The translations under genes and the position numbers were made by a program. The notes under the pieces were generated by a model, which was not told the origin of the DNA, did not search any database, and worked only from the letters and a program-made list of their open reading frames with translations. From assembly GCA_013416795.1 (NCBI GenBank), contig RQSC01000030.1:51637-85264 (forward strand): a stretch of DNA of 33,628 nucleotides, read 5' to 3'. Each line of letters starts with the position of its first letter. The first letter of the stretch is position 1. Source of the DNA: Prasinococcaceae sp. CCMP 1430 (taxonomy: Eukaryota; Plantae; Prasinodermophyta). This document shows positions 25,481 to 33,628 of this stretch, in pieces.

Positions 25481-27552
25481 ACACGCACATGCACACGCAC
25501 ACGCAAACTCGCGCACACGCGCCTGGTCGGCTCGGTCCCGCATAGCGCGGCGCCGCGCGCCGCCCGCGCCTCCGCCGCGGCTGACCTCACCCCCCCCCAG
25601 CCGCCGCGCGGCGCGGCTCTGGGCGCGGGCGCGGGCGCCAGCGTGGCGCGCATGCACCTCATGGGCGAGGTCGTGGGCTGCCGCGGCTTCCCGGCGGGAA
25701 AGGCCTACTGCGCGGAGTGGTGGCTTGCAGCGGGATCCGAGTGGGCGCTCGAGGCGGGCGAGGTGCGCGGCCGCACGCAGGCGGCGTTCAGCGGGCCCGC
25801 CGACGTCGCGGCGCCGCAACGCGGCGCGCTGTGCGCGTGGGGCCACCCCATTCAGGTGTGCTACGTCACGCCGACGATGCAGGGCTGGCCGAAGCTGTGC
25901 GTGGCCATCCGCAGCGTCGATCCCGACGGCGGGCTGTGGCCGACGCCGGCGTCGGGCACGGAGGCGCCCGTGGCGTACGGCGTGGCGCCCCTCCCGCAGA
26001 CCCCCGGCGAGCACGACGTGGAGATCCAGTGCTGGCAGCCGTGCGACCGGAGCACGCGCGCCTCGGATGAGGCCTTCGCCTTCTTCACGGGCCTGCGCCC
26101 GGAGCTCAACGACGCCAACACGGCCCTTGTGGCCGACCGCGCGGGCGCCTTCGCCCGCGGCATGGTGACGCACGGCGTTGGCACGGTCGTCGCGCGCGTG
26201 ACCGTGCTCACGCGCGACATCGAGAACGCGCGCATGTTTGCCGCCGCGCCGTGGCACCGTGCGAAGGGCGCGGTCGCCACGCGCCCCGCGGGCGACGCTG
26301 ACGCGGACAGCGACAGCGATGGCGAGGTGCGCGTGCCCCCCGGACTCAGCCTGGACGGCCCGATGGACGACCGTGAGCGCGCGAGGCGCGAGGCGCTCTT
26401 CGAGGCGCGAGCGCTCCGCGTGGCGAGCGACGCCTCCATCACTGGACCTCCGGACATCGTCATCCACCCGACCAGCGCCACGGTCCCTGCGGGCACCCTG
26501 CTCACGCTGCGAGTGGCCGCCGGCGGGCAGCCGCCTCTCGCGTATCAGTGGGAGCGCGACGGGCAGGTGCTCGAGGGCCAGACCGAGCGCTTCATGCGCA
26601 TCAAGGTAGGTCGCGCCCGCGTGCGCGCCCCTCTGCTTTCGTGCGCTGCTGCGCGTGCACTGACGCCTGCGCTCTGCGCGAATGCTCTCGGCCGCAACAG
26701 GTACGCCGCATCGGCGAATACACGTGCGTCGTGCGAAATCTGCTGGGTGCGGTGCGCTCCAAGGGCGCCAAGGTGGCCCTCAGCGCGGCCGCGGGCGACG
26801 AGGGCGTCTTCGCGCGGCTCAACCGCCTGCTGGCCAATTCCGAGAGGCGCATTCGCCAGCTCTTCGGCAAGTACGACGCGGACGAGACTGGCACGCTGGA
26901 GCGCGACGAGTTGCGCAATTTCATGCGCGAGCTGCTGCCAGGCGCGACGCGCCCCGAGTTGCGCTACCTGCAGGCGCTCATGGACGTGGACGGTGATGGC
27001 TCGCTGTCCTTCCTGGAGCTCGTGCAGTCCATCCGCACCTGCCGCACGCTCGCCGACGCCGCGTCGGGCAGGCGTGGGGTGGGGCAGACCAACGCGCGCT
27101 TCAGCCGCGTCATGGGCAAGCTAGTTGCATCCGTAGCAGGGACAGGCGGGGGCTCGCAGGACCTCAAGGTGCGCGATGGGGGCGCACGCGCGCCGGGCGC
27201 TCTGCGCGCTGCGGCGCGCGCACCAGAGCTAACGCGCCGCCGCCCGTGCTCCGTGCGACGCTCGTTGGCGCCTCCCCAGGCCGTTTTCGATAGGTATGAC
27301 AAGGACAACTCAGGCACGCTCGACCAGCGCGAGCTCTCGAAGCTGTTGCGCGAGGTCACGAAGCCAGAAAACAACGACGAGCTCCGCTTCCTCATCGCGA
27401 GCGTGCTCCACACCGCCGACGTCGACGGCAACGGCGAGATCGGCTTCGGCGAGCTGGAGCGCGTCGTGCGGCGCATCACGCTCAAGGACGTCCAGTTGCC
27501 CCTGCCCGAGGGCAGGCAGCCCGTCGAGCGGGCGTACGGGCCCGTCGCGTGA
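25166..27552 (+). CDS. Multidomain protein: EMC7-like beta-sandwich + B9 (B9D2-like) domain + Ig I-set-like domain + four EF-hands; exons 25166-25389, 25601-26605, 26701-27168, 27280-27552; 5' exon/ATG not found (internal ATG at 25652)
   Basis: EMC7-like SVKLALDGGARTALTRADGGFAFDDVLPGVYLLEAHAVGYTFPQLRVEV; B9 MHLMGEVVGCRGF..RGRTQ..WGHPI..QGWPKL..AYGVAPLPQTPGEH..WQP..FFTGLRPEL; Ig PPDIVIHP..YQWERDG..|..GEYTCVVRNLLGAVRS; EF loops DADETGTLERDE, DVDGDGSLSFLE, DKDNSGTLDQRE, DVDGNGEIGFGE; all three introns are GT-AG with branch motifs and keep frame. Confidence 0.85.
25425..25520. repeat. (CA)n microsatellite within intron 25390-25600
   Basis: Visible CA run. Confidence 0.9.
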
Positions 27553-28145
27553 GGGCGCGGCGACGCATCGCCTCGCGCCCGCCAGCGCAGGGCCTGCCGC
27601 GGCCGCGGCCTCCATATAACAAAGGCCGGACGGTGGCCACTCAGACTCAGACCCCGCCCAGTCCCTGCATCTGCACCCGCATCCCTCCCGTCTCTCCTCG
27701 TTCTGAAAGACACGAGCGCGCGTGCTTCGAAACCCTACCGGACATGCGTACGTACAGTGCGTGTGCAGTACAGTACAGTGTGCAGTACAAGTCCACATGC
27801 ACTTGGCGAGGGGCGCGGGCACCGCACGTCACGAGGGCCAGCAGGAGCGAATCTAAGCCCAAATCCAAATCTGAAGTCTGCTGCGGTTCGTGTGTTGGTC
27901 GCGAAGATATATAATTATTGCACCGTTGGTTGGTTTCGATCAGAATAACGAGCTCGAATTCAAAGGTTCCCCCCCAACCGACGCGCGGCCGTCGCAGCAG
28001 CGGCCGGCTTGACCGGCGCGCCCCACAGCGCGCGCGGGAGGCGAGGGAGGGGAAAGGCGAGGGGGAGGGGGGAGGCGAGGGGGCGTGGCTTGGACCCAGC
28101 CCTGCGTTGCGCCGCCACTGCCGTCTGCGGTCGCGGCGACGGGTG

Positions 28146-29426
28146 ATGGGCGGCGCGAGGGTCGCGCCGCTGGAAGGCGGCGCGGCGCTGCCGTCGGACG
28201 AGACGCAGACGTCCGCGGTGGCGGCGCCGGCGATGGGCGGCGCGAAGGTTGCGCCATCCGACAGCGGCGCGGCGCGACCATCGGACAAAGCGCTCCGGAC
28301 CCTCCGCACCATGCGCACCCTGCGCACCATGTGGACCTTGCAGTCGCTGGCCCCGGTGGGTCCGCCCATCGCGCTGCGCAAGAAGGGCACGATGCGATCG
28401 CTCGCTGCCGGGGGCAACGGCGCCGAGGAGGACGTGGCGTTCGACGTTGACGAGCATTCGCTGCTAACCAACCTCTGTCGAGCGTCATACCTGGACCCCG
28501 ATTCGGCGCAATATTGGGCTGAGGGGCCCAAAGGCGACGGATGCTACTGTGACTTTGGCGGCGAGGCCGACCCGCCATGTCTTCGCGGCGCACTGAAGTT
28601 CGGTTTGGGCAGCGGCGTGGAGCACGAGCTGCTTGAGTTCCACAACCACGAGCGCTCGGACACGCAGGCATTTTTCGCAGCGCCGGTAGCGGCGCCCTCC
28701 GAGCTCGTGATCAGCACGCGCGGCACCAACGGCCTCACTGACGCTTTTACCGACTTGAAGTTCGCCAAGACGCTCTGGGAGCCCGAGGAGGACAGCTACG
28801 AGGAGTTCGAGGCGTGCTTCGCGTGCTGCCGCGAGACGGCCTGCGGCAGCGGCACCCCAAATGTTCATTGGGGCGCGTACAAATCGTTCCTGACCCTCAA
28901 GGACGCGCTCAAGCGGCACGGTACCTTCGCACGCAAGGGTGGACTCACGAAGATCACCGTGTGTGGCCACTCGCTAGGTGGCATTGTGGCGACGTTTGCT
29001 TTTGCGTACTTGCTGCAGCTCAACGGGCCGCGGCGACTCGCCGAGGCGGGGGTCAAGTGCACGCTCTACACAATAGGTTCGGGCAGGCCGGGCAACTCGG
29101 GCTTCAAGGCGCATCTGGAGGCGCTGCTGAAACCATTGCAAGACAAGGGCCTGGGGCGGATCTTGCGGCTCGTGAACGACTTGGACGTCATCCCGCGCCT
29201 GCCTCCCTTTTCACGCTTCGGCTACACGCACGTCGGTGAGCTGTACATGTTCACGGACTCTAAGCGCGAAGATCCGCCCCATCCGGGCAAGGCGCTCCTG
29301 TTCGTGGGCGGACAGCAAGACAAGGCCAATACCTCCACGCTCGAGTCGATCAAGCGGTGTGGCGAGCTCATGGGCGACCACTGTGGCCTTGCGTACCTCA
29401 AGTGCGTCCAGGACCAGCGCCGGTAG
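28146..29426 (+). CDS. Class-3 (fungal-type fold) lipase, intronless, with a duplicated N-terminal peptide
   Basis: VISTRGT lid/oxyanion region, VHWGAYKSF, VCGHSLGG nucleophile, YTIGSGRPGN, RLVNDLDVIPRLPP (acid), YTHVG, DHCGLAY (His); ATG 28146, TAG 29424-29426. Confidence 0.92.
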   Translation: MGGARVAPLEGGAALPSDETQTSAVAAPAMGGAKVAPSDSGAARPSDKALRTLRTMRTLRTMWTLQSLAPVGPPIALRKKGTMRSLAAGGNGAEEDVAFDVDEHSLLTNLCRASYLDPDSAQYWAEGPKGDGCYCDFGGEADPPCLRGALKFGLGSGVEHELLEFHNHERSDTQAFFAAPVAAPSELVISTRGTNGLTDAFTDLKFAKTLWEPEEDSYEEFEACFACCRETACGSGTPNVHWGAYKSFLTLKDALKRHGTFARKGGLTKITVCGHSLGGIVATFAFAYLLQLNGPRRLAEAGVKCTLYTIGSGRPGNSGFKAHLEALLKPLQDKGLGRILRLVNDLDVIPRLPPFSRFGYTHVGELYMFTDSKREDPPHPGKALLFVGGQQDKANTSTLESIKRCGELMGDHCGLAYLKCVQDQRR

Positions 29427-29631
29427 CGAGATCGGCGCGCTGGCCGCCGTGAGCGCTGGCCGCGTAGCTGCCGCGTGCCTCTCCCCGCGCGGCTACCCCT
29501 GCTCGACTCGCGCGAGACATCGACATCGAGGATTGCCGCCATCCGGGTCCATCGCCTCGCGAATGATATCAATGGTGCCATAGCAGTATGCAGCACTAGT
29601 CTATAGTAACAGCAGAGACGCGCGCGCGCAG

Positions 29632-32600
29632 TCACGAGAGGGTTCTCCACTGGAGGTGAAGATAGACGGTGCCTGCGCTGGAGCCATCCGCTGCTCGCAG
29701 GTCGAGCGCCACGTCGCCGCCCGAGCTCTGCGTGACATCCAGCAACGAGCTGCACGAGGCGCTGCCGATGTCGCGCCCGCCGCTGCGCGCGCAGATGGCG
29801 CCCGCCAGCCATGACCACGCTCCGGCCAACGCCCGGTCTGGTCGGTGGCGCACGAGCACGTGCAAGTTTTGCGACAGCTCCGTGCGCGTGATGTTGTTGA
29901 ATTGGAAGGTTTGCCGCCAGTAGCAGTTTGAGCCCTCGGCCGATTCGCTCTTGAAACGGTCGCTCGCCAGCGTCAGAACCACCTCCGGATTGAGCGACCT
30001 GTCAGGCACCCACGAGGAGCTCAGCCTCTTGCCACGCACGAGCTCCACGAAGAGCGTGCCACGCATCTCGCCGTCAGTCCTCGCAGGTGAGTCGCTTCGC
30101 GCTGCTCTGCTCGACACGAATGGCTTGAAGCTCGTCGCGAGCGTGACGCTGCCGTGCTTGACGCCCACAAGCCTGTGAGTACGGACCTCCCTGCCAATGG
30201 CTGGCGTGTCCTTGCCGATGACGCCAATGTCTACGGGAGTAATGCCCATGAAGTCCGAACCGCTCTTGATCGTCTCCTCGTCGATCATCTCACGCGGCGT
30301 GCACTTGCCGTACGGTAGGAAGCGCACGTCGCGGAGCACGGACTGGATGTTCTCCATGCTGCCGCCGGCACCCTTCAGCAACCTGCTGCGCTTGCTGCCC
30401 GCGGGTCCATCACGGTGCTTGCTCTCGTTTGTTGCTCCCTTCACCTTCGTGCCTGCGCGCCATTGCACGCGCCGCCTGATGGCGCGCGCTACCGCCGAGA
30501 CACTGCCCGCAATCTTTCGCGCAGCACGTGACCATGGTATGGTCGTAAGGTGATCGTATGCGTCGATCTCCTCCTTGGCAGCTGCCTCAGACACAAGCGC
30601 CTCGAGCTCTGCGCCTCGGTTGTACGCGGCGGTCCTCTCCAGTCGCTCGTACACTCCGCGCAGCCCACAGGCCGCAAGCGTGGAGCTGCACACAGCGCCT
30701 CCGACGTCTCGATCGAACACGCCCACCCACACTCGCAGCGCCCGCGAGCTCGCCGGGACCTCGAATGTGAGCCGCGCCCCTTTGTCGCTGCGTATGCCGT
30801 CGCCGCTGTGTTGTGAAGCGTCCCACCGCGGGTTTAGAGTGCGAGCCATGGTCTTCGTAGCTCGCGCTCGGCGCGCGTAGGGCGGTGCAACGCCAGCGCT
30901 GAGGCCCTCGGCGGCGTCGATCATCACGACCACGTACGGGTCACTCGAGCCTTTGAGCACATCGGTGATGATGAGGTCGGCGGCCGACATCACCTCGACC
31001 ACAAGCACGCCCGCGGCGGCCGCGGCCCGCCCGCCGATGAGTGCCGCCATGTCATCATCCGCGGGGTCCACCAGGGGCACATGCGCAAAGGCAGGCTCGC
31101 ACAAGGCGCGTCGCACGAGAGTGCGCATGAGGACGCGTTTGCACAGCCGCGCCCCTGGCAGGTCAAGCAGCGGCAAAGGTGGCAGCAGACCACACACGCG
31201 CACACCGACGCACGCGTCCACCGTCGGGTCCTCCAGCAGCGAAAGCGACACGCCGCCGACCACAGGAGGCGCGGCCAGCAGCGGGTGCAGGCGGATGCGC
31301 GCCTTTGCAATCAGCAAGACCTCGCTCACCTCCACACCACACGCCGCCAGGGGGTTGCCCAGCGGCGCAACCCGTACGCCCACCCGAAGGTCCCCCGCCA
31401 GCCGCAGCGCGACCTCAAGGCACACCTGCGCATGGGAGCCGCCGGAGGACCCCGTGCCAGACGGCGATGTGGACGCGTGCAGTGCCTCTACCGTCGGTGG
31501 GAGCTCACCCAACTCCACCGATAGCTGCGGTCTCAAAATCGCATCTGCGGCCGCGTCGTGCTCCATGCCCCGCATGAGGCTGACGAGGCCGAGATCGTTG
31601 AGGCGCCGCACCTCCGCCCGCACGGCGACACGAAGCAGCGGCCAAAGCGTGCAAATGATTTCATCCATCCAGTGCGCGCGCTCCCAAGCAGTGGAGGCCG
31701 TCCACGCGGGCAGCGCAGACGGTGCGATTGCGCGTGCGAGCGACGCAAGCTGTTGCGGCGACAGCGTGAGCGGTAGCATTGCAGCGTCGTGCGCGGCGAG
31801 CGCGCGGCCGAGGTGGAACTCGTCGGGGATGCTCAGAGCGCGCGCCACCCCGCGTGCGAGCGGACACGCCACCTCATTCTCGCGGCGCTGTCGGGCGTCT
31901 TTCGCTGGCGTGAGTGTCGATGCCAGCGAAGGCGGTGAAGGCGTCGATGTGTCCGGACGCGAGAGGCTCTTCGCTTTGGGCGAGTGCAGCACCTTGCCCG
32001 CGAATGTCGCCGTCGTCGAGCGCGGCGTCAGCGGTGGCGCTGCAGATGATACCATGCGCCGCGACGGCGAGCGCGGCGGCGTATCCTCCAGCATGCCCTC
32101 CCGCGAATCCTTCGGCAAGTCCTTGGCAATTAAGGGCGCGTAAAACGACTCCGTGGCGAGCTGGTGCTCGACGACCTCGTCGGCGGGTACCGCGGCCGTG
32201 GCTGTATACACGCAACGCATGTACACCTCGCCGCGGATCGAGCGCGACTGCCCTCGCGCGAGCCCCCGAACCCTCCCCATTATCTTGCCGGTACTGCCTG
32301 AGGGCGGCGTGAGGACGTACCAGCCCTCGACCTCCTTGCCCGGCTGCCTGGCCACGCCAGCCACGTCCAACCTCACAAATCCCAACAGGTCGTCGCGATT
32401 GAAACGATCCCAGTCAAACACGCGCACGACGAGCGCCTCCACGCTCGGGTTGAACACCGGGAAGGACGCTCGAAAGCGCCACTCGGGGTCCAGCGTTTGC
32501 GGGCACACCTCGGAGCGCATCGCGCCACGGTCGAGCGCGGCACGCCGCGAGTGGTGGGCGCGGCGGGACGTGAGCCCGGCTTCAAGGTACGGATCCGAAG

Positions 32601-33628
32601 TACCGCCGCGGTCAGAGGTTCGCAGGCCACGCGCGCGGTCCACGCGGATGTGCAGGTAGCCCAGTGGGTGCGTGGATAGCATGCGCGCGATGGCTTGCTC
32701 GCGCGACTTGGTGGTGCGGTCGAACACCACCGGAAGCACCTTCGGCGAGACGATCGTGTCGCGCACCACCTGGCGCAGCACGTGGCGAAGCGCCTCGTTT
32801 AGGCCGAAGAAGGCGTCCAAATGCACGCGCGGCAGCCCCGGCGCAGGCACCGCCGCGAGGTCATAATCGATTGCGGGCATCTCAGGGAAGGTCATGGACA
32901 GCCCGCCCACGAGCGGCAGCCGTGACAGGAGCGGCGCCAGCCGCACGCGTAGCGTGCCCTCGACCCGCAGGTTGGTCACGTGCACGGAGAGCGGCGCCAC
33001 GTTGGCGTATATGGCCGGACCGCGCACGCTGAAGGCAATCGATGGCTCGCCCCGCCAGCGCACCGACACGAAGAGCAACAACTCACCCTCTGACTCCACT
33101 CCGGCGCCCGCGTCCTCTGGGGCGCCCCCCTCCGCGCGCTCGGTGCGCCTCCCGTCCTTTCCCCCCTCTTTCCCGTCCGTCGCCGCGCTGGCCCCCACGA
33201 CTACGGTCTGCACGCCCGTCACCTGAGGCGGCACGGCGCCCAAGGAGAAGCTGTCGAGCCCCATGCGGCTCACGCCGCGCGGCCGCAGCTCGTGCAGCAT
33301 GGGCTCGATGAGCGCGCGAATGAGCGTGTTGAAGGTGGCGTCGACGGTGCCCCAGACGCTCGCGAGCGCCTCGGAGAGCCACTCGGCGCGCTCCGACTCT
33401 CCGAACTCGATGAAGGCGTTGAGCGGCGGCAGGTGCGGCGGCAGGTGCGGCGCTGCCGCTGCTGCGGCGCGCTCGAGCGCTTGCCGGCCCGCGCGGCGGA
33501 ACGCGTGCGTTGCGGCGGCGATGCGCACCCGACGCCTCCGTCGGCGTCGCGCCGCCCAGCGGCTGTGTGCGACCACCAGCGCGACCCATTGGATGCGGCG
33601 CGCGGCGCGCGCAAGGCCTCGCCGCGCG
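29632..33628 (-). CDS. Synaptotagmin/extended-synaptotagmin-like lipid-transfer protein, SMP-C2-SMP-C2-C2; reading frame stays open to the window end, so the N-terminus (probable membrane anchor) is outside
   Basis: SMP1 ERAEWL..VW..FSLGAVPP..GTLRVRLAPLL..VGGLSMTF (about 33393-32730); C2A SDRGGTSDPY..TLDPEW..VFDWDRFNRDDLLG (about 32667-32311); SMP2 ERAHWMDEII..LW..LGELPP..ARIRLHPLL..VGGVSLSL (about 31686-31070); C2B GSSDPY..TLNPRW..FDRD..DFMG; C2C near the C-terminus. Confidence 0.92.
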   Translation of the reverse strand, partial: ARRGLARAARRIQWVALVVAHSRWAARRRRRRRVRIAAATHAFRRAGRQALERAAAAAAPHLPPHLPPLNAFIEFGESERAEWLSEALASVWGTVDATFNTLIRALIEPMLHELRPRGVSRMGLDSFSLGAVPPQVTGVQTVVVGASAATDGKEGGKDGRRTERAEGGAPEDAGAGVESEGELLLFVSVRWRGEPSIAFSVRGPAIYANVAPLSVHVTNLRVEGTLRVRLAPLLSRLPLVGGLSMTFPEMPAIDYDLAAVPAPGLPRVHLDAFFGLNEALRHVLRQVVRDTIVSPKVLPVVFDRTTKSREQAIARMLSTHPLGYLHIRVDRARGLRTSDRGGTSDPYLEAGLTSRRAHHSRRAALDRGAMRSEVCPQTLDPEWRFRASFPVFNPSVEALVVRVFDWDRFNRDDLLGFVRLDVAGVARQPGKEVEGWYVLTPPSGSTGKIMGRVRGLARGQSRSIRGEVYMRCVYTATAAVPADEVVEHQLATESFYAPLIAKDLPKDSREGMLEDTPPRSPSRRMVSSAAPPLTPRSTTATFAGKVLHSPKAKSLSRPDTSTPSPPSLASTLTPAKDARQRRENEVACPLARGVARALSIPDEFHLGRALAAHDAAMLPLTLSPQQLASLARAIAPSALPAWTASTAWERAHWMDEIICTLWPLLRVAVRAEVRRLNDLGLVSLMRGMEHDAAADAILRPQLSVELGELPPTVEALHASTSPSGTGSSGGSHAQVCLEVALRLAGDLRVGVRVAPLGNPLAACGVEVSEVLLIAKARIRLHPLLAAPPVVGGVSLSLLEDPTVDACVGVRVCGLLPPLPLLDLPGARLCKRVLMRTLVRRALCEPAFAHVPLVDPADDDMAALIGGRAAAAAGVLVVEVMSAADLIITDVLKGSSDPYVVVMIDAAEGLSAGVAPPYARRARATKTMARTLNPRWDASQHSGDGIRSDKGARLTFEVPASSRALRVWVGVFDRDVGGAVCSSTLAACGLRGVYERLERTAAYNRGAELEALVSEAAAKEEIDAYDHLTTIPWSRAARKIAGSVSAVARAIRRRVQWRAGTKVKGATNESKHRDGPAGSKRSRLLKGAGGSMENIQSVLRDVRFLPYGKCTPREMIDEETIKSGSDFMGITPVDIGVIGKDTPAIGREVRTHRLVGVKHGSVTLATSFKPFVSSRAARSDSPARTDGEMRGTLFVELVRGKRLSSSWVPDRSLNPEVVLTLASDRFKSESAEGSNCYWRQTFQFNNITRTELSQNLHVLVRHRPDRALAGAWSWLAGAICARSGGRDIGSASCSSLLDVTQSSGGDVALDLRAADGSSAGTVYLHLQWRTLS

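Noticed and set aside
5081-27279. Introner-like (transposable) introns
   Set aside because: The introns share only donor/branch consensus and simple repeats; no pair shows extended similarity or terminal inverted repeats
27918-28145. N-terminal extension of the lipase from the ORF-track start at 27918
   Set aside because: Non-ATG start and promoter/UTR-like composition; ATG 28146 is preferred
28288-28335. LRTLRTMRTLR resembling a voltage-sensor S4 helix
   Set aside because: Arises from a 9-bp tandem repeat with no surrounding TM segments
1-33628. Functional gene cluster (lipid genes ABCG, hydrolase, lipase and SMP; or RNA genes DDX1, PPR, PsuK and eIF1AD)
   Set aside because: Genes are interspersed, in mixed orientation, and do not form a recognised pathway; likely ordinary compact-genome neighbours

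Overview
Eukaryotic nuclear DNA, very GC-rich (roughly 70% or more by eye), with five N-gaps (3672-3892, 4803-4876, 7249-7757, 18882-19740, 21259-21520). Short GT-AG introns with CTGAC/CTAAC branch sites, TGTAA poly(A)-type signals, and plant-type PHD-GNAT and PPR genes point to a compact green-algal genome. A prasinophyte/Prasinoderma-like source is my inference only. About 15 protein-coding genes are supported: ABCG half-transporter, alpha/beta-hydrolase, a small TM protein, DDX1, PPR protein, IDM1-like PHD-GNAT, PfkB/pseudouridine-kinase-like, eIF1AD, a Met/Gly-rich TM fragment, TPR protein, a possible C1orf109-like protein, SepF, a B9 multidomain protein, class-3 lipase and a synaptotagmin-like protein. 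No rRNA, tRNA, CRISPR array or intact transposon was seen. Best leads: (1) a nuclear-encoded, cyanobacterial-type SepF cell-division protein; (2) an apparently spliced EMC7-like + B9 + Ig(I-set) + 4xEF-hand fusion; (3) a degenerate mitochondrial-carrier repeat fused to a PPR protein; (4) a tandem SMP-C2-SMP-C2-C2 lipid-transfer protein; (5) intergenic islands sharing a TTTTGATG motif, local duplications and long (CG)n borders; (6) a candidate intronic C/D snoRNA in DDX1. All family assignments come from motif recognition, not database searches.
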